From positions 64,001 through 128,000 of the forward strand of contig JAZDCZ010000324.1 in assembly GCA_036679605.1 (NCBI GenBank): a stretch of 64,000 bases of DNA, written 5' to 3'. Each line of letters opens with the position of its first letter. Positions within the stretch are counted from its first letter, which is position 1. This stretch comes from Gemmatimonadota bacterium (lineage in GTDB: Bacteria; Gemmatimonadota; Gemmatimonadetes; Gemmatimonadales; GWC2-71-9). The notes under the pieces were generated by a model that saw only the letters and a list, made by a program, of their open reading frames with translations, ran no database searches and had not been told where the DNA came from. Of this stretch, positions 59,074-64,000 are shown piece by piece. The position numbers were made by a program, and so were the translations under genes.

Positions 59074-60207
59074 ATGACTCCAGAAGCAACTCAAGCAAGC
59101 GAACCCATCAACCTGAGGGCATTACTCGAGGAAATGATAGAGCAAGACGCTTCCGACCTGCATATCACAGCGGGCGAGCGGCCGAAGCTGCGGGTAGATG
59201 GCGAAATAGGCAACTCAAAAGTAGAGCATCAGTTGACGCCGAAGGAAACGCTGCAAATAGCGTACTCGGTGTTGACCGAAAATCAAAAGAAGCGTTTCGA
59301 GACCGAGGATGAGTTGGATTTCTCGTTTGGGATTCAGAATCTCGCCAGATTTCGCGGCAACTGTTTCAAGCAACGCGGCTGCGTCTCCATGGTCATTCGG
59401 CAGATTCCGTTCTCGGTCAAGACGTTTGATGAGTTGGGATTGGCGCCGGTGTTAGCGGAGTTGGCTGAGCGCCCACGCGGTCTCGTGCTCGTGACCGGGC
59501 CAACAGGCTCAGGGAAATCGACCACCCTGGCGGCGATGATCGACAAGGTCAACAAGGAGCGGAAGGCGCACATCATCACAGTTGAAGACCCAATCGAGTT
59601 CATTCACAAACATCAGCAATGTATCGTTAACCAGCGCGAGGTCGGGACCGACACACAGTCGTTCTCGAACGCGCTGAAATATGCGCTGCGTCAAGATCCG
59701 GACGTCGTGTTGATCGGTGAGATGCGTGATCTGGAAACGATCTCGTCTGCCCTGACTATTGCGGAGACCGGGCACCTGGCATTTGCGACGCTGCACACCA
59801 ACTCCGCTGCGGAAACTATCAACCGAGTCATAGACGTGTTTCCTGCGCATCAGCAGTCCCAGGTGCGGGCTCAATTGGCGTTTGTGCTCGAGGGAGTCGT
59901 CACTCAGACTTTGCTTCAGAAGGCGTCTGGGAGAGGTAGAGTGATGGCGTGCGAGATTATGATCGCAACTCCGGCTATCCGTGCACTCATTCGTGACGAC
60001 AAAGTACACCAAATTTATTCTGCGATGCAGGCGGGCAAGAAGCATGGTATGCAAACCTTGGCCGACGCGCTGTACGTACTGTACATGTCGCGTGACGTGA
60101 GCCTGGAAGAATGTCTGCGCGTGGTGGCTGACCAGAACGAATTTTTGCGGATGGTGGGAGAACCGGTGCCGGGCGAGGAGGGTGCTGCCATGGCGGGACG
60201 ACGTTAA
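59074..60207 (+). CDS. pilT: Type IV pilus retraction ATPase PilT
   Basis: 'ASDLH', GPTGSGKST, 'QREVG', 'AIRALIRD', 'GMQT'. Confidence 0.95.
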   Translation: MTPEATQASEPINLRALLEEMIEQDASDLHITAGERPKLRVDGEIGNSKVEHQLTPKETLQIAYSVLTENQKKRFETEDELDFSFGIQNLARFRGNCFKQRGCVSMVIRQIPFSVKTFDELGLAPVLAELAERPRGLVLVTGPTGSGKSTTLAAMIDKVNKERKAHIITVEDPIEFIHKHQQCIVNQREVGTDTQSFSNALKYALRQDPDVVLIGEMRDLETISSALTIAETGHLAFATLHTNSAAETINRVIDVFPAHQQSQVRAQLAFVLEGVVTQTLLQKASGRGRVMACEIMIATPAIRALIRDDKVHQIYSAMQAGKKHGMQTLADALYVLYMSRDVSLEECLRVVADQNEFLRMVGEPVPGEEGAAMAGRR

Positions 60208-60222
60208 ACGCAGGAGAACCGA

Positions 60223-61413
60223 ATGCCAGTATTCGAATACACGGCGAGAACTGCCAAGGGTGACGAGACAACCGGAACAATCGACGCAACCAGTAGAGAA
60301 CAGGTGGTTCAACGGTTGCGCAAAGACCGGTTGGTGGTGGTCCGGGTTAGAGAGAAAAAGAAACAAAAGAAGGGTGGCCGAGTACCGACGCGCGATGTCG
60401 TAGTGTTCACGCGACAATTTGCGACTATGGTGAACTCGGGACTGCCATTGGTACAGGCGTTGGATATTCTTGGTAAGCAGACAGACAACAAGATCCTATC
60501 GGAGGTGACCAAACAAGTCGTCTACGATGTTGAGAGCGGCCATACACTGGCCGATGCCCTGGACAAGCACAAGAACGCATTCAGCGGATTGTATGTGAAC
60601 ATGGTAGCTGCTGGCGAGGCCGGTGGTATTCTGGACACCATCATGTTGCGGCTCGCTACGTTTTTGGAGAAAAACGACGCCATCGTCCGGAAAGTTAAGG
60701 GCGCGATGGTCTACCCTACTGTGATCTTTACCGTTGCGGGAATCGCAATTCTCATATTGCTGATTGTTGTGATACCTACATTCCAGGAAATGTTTGCATC
60801 GTCAGGTGTGCCTCTGCCATTGCCGACGATCATCGTAATCGGATTGAGTGACTTTCTCCAAGGTTTTTGGTGGGCCCTGATCATCGGCGGAGTCGTGGCG
60901 TTTCTTTCTCTTCGTGCGTATTACGCCACAGACGACGGGCAGTTGGTCATAGACCGTCTATTGCTCAAGACGCCTATTTTGGGGGATGTCCTGCGAAAGT
61001 CGGCGGTTTCCCGTTTCACTCGTACTCTTGGGACGCTGCTGGCGTCGGGCGTATCGATCCTGGACGGTTTGGAAATAACGGCTCGAACGGCTGGGAACCG
61101 CGTGATACACGACGCAGTGATGGAGTCGCGCGGATCGATAGCCGGTGGTGACACGATTGCCGCGCCGCTGAAGAGATCCGAGGTATTTCCCCCTATGGTC
61201 ACCTCGATGATCGCGGTTGGTGAGGCCACAGGCGGTCTTGATGAAATGCTCACCAAGATTGCCGATTTCTACGATGACGAAGTAGACGCCGCGGTTGGAA
61301 CTCTATTGTCGATGATGGAACCGATCATGATCGTCTTCTTGGGGGTGATCGTGGGCGGCATGATTGTGGCCATGTACCTACCGATCTTCGATATGATACA
61401 GACGGTTGACTAG
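60223..61413 (+). CDS. pilC: Type IV pilus platform protein PilC (GspF family)
   Basis: 'FTRQFATMVNSGLPL', 'AGEAGG', 'AMYLPIF'. Confidence 0.95.
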   Translation: MPVFEYTARTAKGDETTGTIDATSREQVVQRLRKDRLVVVRVREKKKQKKGGRVPTRDVVVFTRQFATMVNSGLPLVQALDILGKQTDNKILSEVTKQVVYDVESGHTLADALDKHKNAFSGLYVNMVAAGEAGGILDTIMLRLATFLEKNDAIVRKVKGAMVYPTVIFTVAGIAILILLIVVIPTFQEMFASSGVPLPLPTIIVIGLSDFLQGFWWALIIGGVVAFLSLRAYYATDDGQLVIDRLLLKTPILGDVLRKSAVSRFTRTLGTLLASGVSILDGLEITARTAGNRVIHDAVMESRGSIAGGDTIAAPLKRSEVFPPMVTSMIAVGEATGGLDEMLTKIADFYDDEVDAAVGTLLSMMEPIMIVFLGVIVGGMIVAMYLPIFDMIQTVD

Positions 61414-61436
61414 GGAGTTTCACGACATGGGCTAGC

Positions 61437-61475
61437 CAACGGGCCTCACGGACGGAATCAACGTGAGGTCCGTTG
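61437..61475 (+). terminator. Stem-loop downstream of pilC
   Basis: CAACGGGCCTCACG / CGTGAGGTCCGTTG 14-bp stem (one G-U pair); weak U tail. Confidence 0.55.
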
Positions 61476-61558
61476 TGTATCTGGCGGGGCCACACTGTGT
61501 CAAGGACATCCGATCGGTATTGAGTCGCTGCAAGTTTATGAACCGCTACCTATAGATC

Positions 61559-63202
61559 ATGCCTTCCACTGAGAGGCCGGAAACCGGCATAGTGAAAGAG
61601 GAACGCTCAACTCGCCTCCCGGGCGCCCAAGGCCTTCTCAGGTGGCTTTACGTCGGGCGCGTGACCCTGGCGATCGCGATCTTTATCGCGGCAGCCTTCG
61701 AAGCCCAATCTTTGCCCCCGGAAACAATCGTACTTATCGCAGTAGCTGCCATCGCTAGTGTTCTTTTGAGTGGCTGGGCCTTCTGGTACACAGAAATAAG
61801 AGGCCAACCATCGAGTCGGACGTTTCTCTATTCGCAAAGCCTATTCGATGTAGCGCTGGTCACCACGGTTGTCCACGTGACCGGCGGACCTGCTAGCCAG
61901 TTTCCGGCCTTGTACATAGTCGTCATTGCGGTGAGCGCGGTGCTAATGCCGCTGACGTCGAGCTTACTCATCACGACCCTGGCGAGTCTGTTGTACGTCG
62001 CCGACATCGTGTGGTGGCAGGACGTGTCAGTGACGTCCGCAGTGTGGTTGCAGATCGCGGTCTTCGTCGGGGTGTTCTTGGTCACAGGTCTCTTGGCGAG
62101 CCGTGCTCAAGTTGCCGAGCGTGAAGCTAGGCGAGCTACGCTCGAGGCGGGAGACATACTACGCAATATCCGTAGCGGAGTCGTTACCGTAGACGGAGAT
62201 GGAAACCTCGTGTTCGCAAACCCTGCAGCCAGAGATCTACTGGGGCCAGATATATCGGATACCGGATTCGTTTCAGCGTTGAGTGACAGAGCACCGGAGC
62301 TGGCTCGTCTAATCAAGGCCACTCAACAGCGAAGCCTAGGATCTCTCAGAGGAGACGGCGTGGTACTACGAGAAGGCCGCCCTTTCCCCATAGGATTCAC
62401 GATCACCCCTCTAGACGCCGAAGGATCAGCACCTTATTCGGTTGCGGCGATCTTCACTGACATTTCCGACCAACGCCGGCTGCAGGAATTGCGCCTCCGG
62501 ACCGAGCGTCTCGAGGCCGTTGCAGAGTTGTCGGCCTCCCTGGCTCACGAAATAAAAAACCCTCTCGCAACCATCCGGTCGTCGGTGGAGCAACTCGGCG
62601 TCTCCGAACGATCCAACGACGATGAGCGTATTTTGGTAAACCTGGTTGTGCGTGAAAGCGACCGACTGAGCCGTCTTCTCACAGAGTTTCTAGATTTTTC
62701 GCGGGTGCGCGTAACTAGCTGCCGAACTATAAAGTTATCCGAAGTCGTCAAGGATGCAGTGGTGGTAGTGCAGCAGCATCCCGACTGTACTGATGGAGTT
62801 ACGATAGTGGTGGATGCGCAGCCGGTGAAGGTTGAAGGTGATGAGGATCTGTTGCACCGTGTGGTCGTAAACCTCGTTCTCAATGCGGTCCAGGTCTGTA
62901 ACGGAAAATGTAGAATAGCCGTCGAACTACGAGAGGCTGAGGCCAGTGAGTTACCGAGAGAGTTTCGGCTCGAAACCGGTGTGCTTCTCAAGGTCACAGA
63001 CAGCGGCCCCGGGATTCCGTCACATCTTCGAGATCGACTGTTCGAGCCGTTCGTTAGCGATCGAGACGGTGGATCAGGTTTGGGGCTGGCAATAGTGCAA
63101 CGCGCTGTCCAGGCCCATAGGGGAGTCATTTGGACGGACTCAGACCCAACTACATTTACTGTCGTGCTCCCGAGTAAGAGAGCAGCGGAGGTAAATTCGT
63201 GA
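61559..63202 (+). CDS. pilS: PilS-like sensor histidine kinase (TM + PAS)
   Basis: Multi-TM N-terminus with 'VTGG..S.F..LY', PAS 'FANPAA', 'AHEIKNPL', 'DSGPGI', 'GSGLGL'; follows pilC. Confidence 0.82.
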   Translation: MPSTERPETGIVKEERSTRLPGAQGLLRWLYVGRVTLAIAIFIAAAFEAQSLPPETIVLIAVAAIASVLLSGWAFWYTEIRGQPSSRTFLYSQSLFDVALVTTVVHVTGGPASQFPALYIVVIAVSAVLMPLTSSLLITTLASLLYVADIVWWQDVSVTSAVWLQIAVFVGVFLVTGLLASRAQVAEREARRATLEAGDILRNIRSGVVTVDGDGNLVFANPAARDLLGPDISDTGFVSALSDRAPELARLIKATQQRSLGSLRGDGVVLREGRPFPIGFTITPLDAEGSAPYSVAAIFTDISDQRRLQELRLRTERLEAVAELSASLAHEIKNPLATIRSSVEQLGVSERSNDDERILVNLVVRESDRLSRLLTEFLDFSRVRVTSCRTIKLSEVVKDAVVVVQQHPDCTDGVTIVVDAQPVKVEGDEDLLHRVVVNLVLNAVQVCNGKCRIAVELREAEASELPREFRLETGVLLKVTDSGPGIPSHLRDRLFEPFVSDRDGGSGLGLAIVQRAVQAHRGVIWTDSDPTTFTVVLPSKRAAEVNS

Positions 63203-64000
63203 ACCAGCGAAGTCCAAAACTTCTCATAATCGATGATGAATCAGCGATTCTGGAAACACTCGGCATCTTATTCAAGAATTCGGATTTTGACGTGCAAACG
63301 GCCCAGGGTGGCAGAGCCGGAATAGAGGCACTGGATTCTTCAACTCCGGACGTTGTCCTCACGGATATAAAGATGGCGAAGATATCCGGTCTGGACATTC
63401 TGAAGTACGCGCGCGATCTGGATTCAGAGATGCCGGTCATCGTAATGACCGCGCACGCCGATCTTCAGAGTGCCATTCAATCCGTCAACGACGGCGCATT
63501 CGCTTTCATTCAAAAACCGTTTGAAAACGACCTTCTTGTCAACCAGTGCAGACGTGCGGCTCAAACTCGCGAGCTCCAGACAGAGAACAAGAACTTGAAG
63601 CGAGAAATCCGGCGACGCCAGAAGTCGTTGTCGGTGGAACCACTTGGGAAAGCCAAGCCGTTCTTGGAGGTCATGAAGCTCGCAGCGCAGGTGGCGCCGA
63701 CCGACTCCACTGTGCTGATCTTGGGTCAGAGTGGCACCGGTAAGGAAGTTATTTCCCGTTACGTTCACGAACTGTCGGAGCGTAGCGACGGCCCCTTCTT
63801 TTCGATCAACTGCGGAGCCTTGCCCGAAGGCTTGCTGGAATCGGAACTGTTTGGGCATGTCAAGGGATCGTTCACGGGCGCCCATCGCGACAAGGAGGGA
63901 ATGTTCATGGCTGCCCGTGGAGGAACCTTCTTTCTCGACGAAGTTGCCGAGACGAAACCCTCTACACAGGTGAAACTGCTGAGAGTCTTACAGGAACGTG
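63199..64000 (+). CDS. pilR: Sigma54-dependent response regulator, PilR/NtrC-like (3' truncated by window end)
   Basis: GTG overlaps the pilS stop; 'LIIDDE', 'LTDIKM', 'GQSGTGKE', 'ESELFGHVKGSFTGA', 'FLDE', 'LLRVLQE'; not in the ORF track. Confidence 0.85.
   Translation, partial: MNQRSPKLLIIDDESAILETLGILFKNSDFDVQTAQGGRAGIEALDSSTPDVVLTDIKMAKISGLDILKYARDLDSEMPVIVMTAHADLQSAIQSVNDGAFAFIQKPFENDLLVNQCRRAAQTRELQTENKNLKREIRRRQKSLSVEPLGKAKPFLEVMKLAAQVAPTDSTVLILGQSGTGKEVISRYVHELSERSDGPFFSINCGALPEGLLESELFGHVKGSFTGAHRDKEGMFMAARGGTFFLDEVAETKPSTQVKLLRVLQER

Noticed and set aside
59509..60417. Long antisense ORFs (302 aa here; also 4911-5678, 57015-57635 and others)
   Set aside because: Shadow frames of well-supported genes in GC-rich DNA, with no recognisable motifs.

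Overview
A 64 kb stretch of gene-dense, moderately GC-rich bacterial chromosome. I found no tRNA, rRNA, CRISPR array, integrase or transposase. Gene content suggests a Gemmatimonadota-like organism (inference: kinase-TPR fusions, sdhCAB, DsbA+VKOR, RCC1 lipoprotein, pilBTC-pilSR). Recognisable modules are: stand-alone soxCD, infA, sdhCAB, a signalling block (two-component pair, GGDEF, two Ser/Thr kinases), M28/M16/M24 peptidases, DsbA-VKOR, acs, ccmABCD, an ECF sigma/anti-sigma-led operon with a ketosynthase cassette, ctaA, lptFG and comEA-pilBTC-pilSR. Features absent from the ORF track but visible in the sequence are a decayed cold-shock gene upstream of infA with an intact promoter and leader, a frameshifted flavin reductase, a 36-aa ccmD and the truncated pilR. 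The two best candidates for an undescribed system are (1) a membrane Ser/Thr kinase, an 80-aa microprotein and a convergent soluble kinase (22042-26027), and (2) the ECF-led DUF92/FAD oxidoreductase/flavin reductase/methyltransferase/SRPBCC/ketosynthase/aquaporin operon with no ACP or CLF (41950-48325). All calls come from motif recognition; no database search was run.
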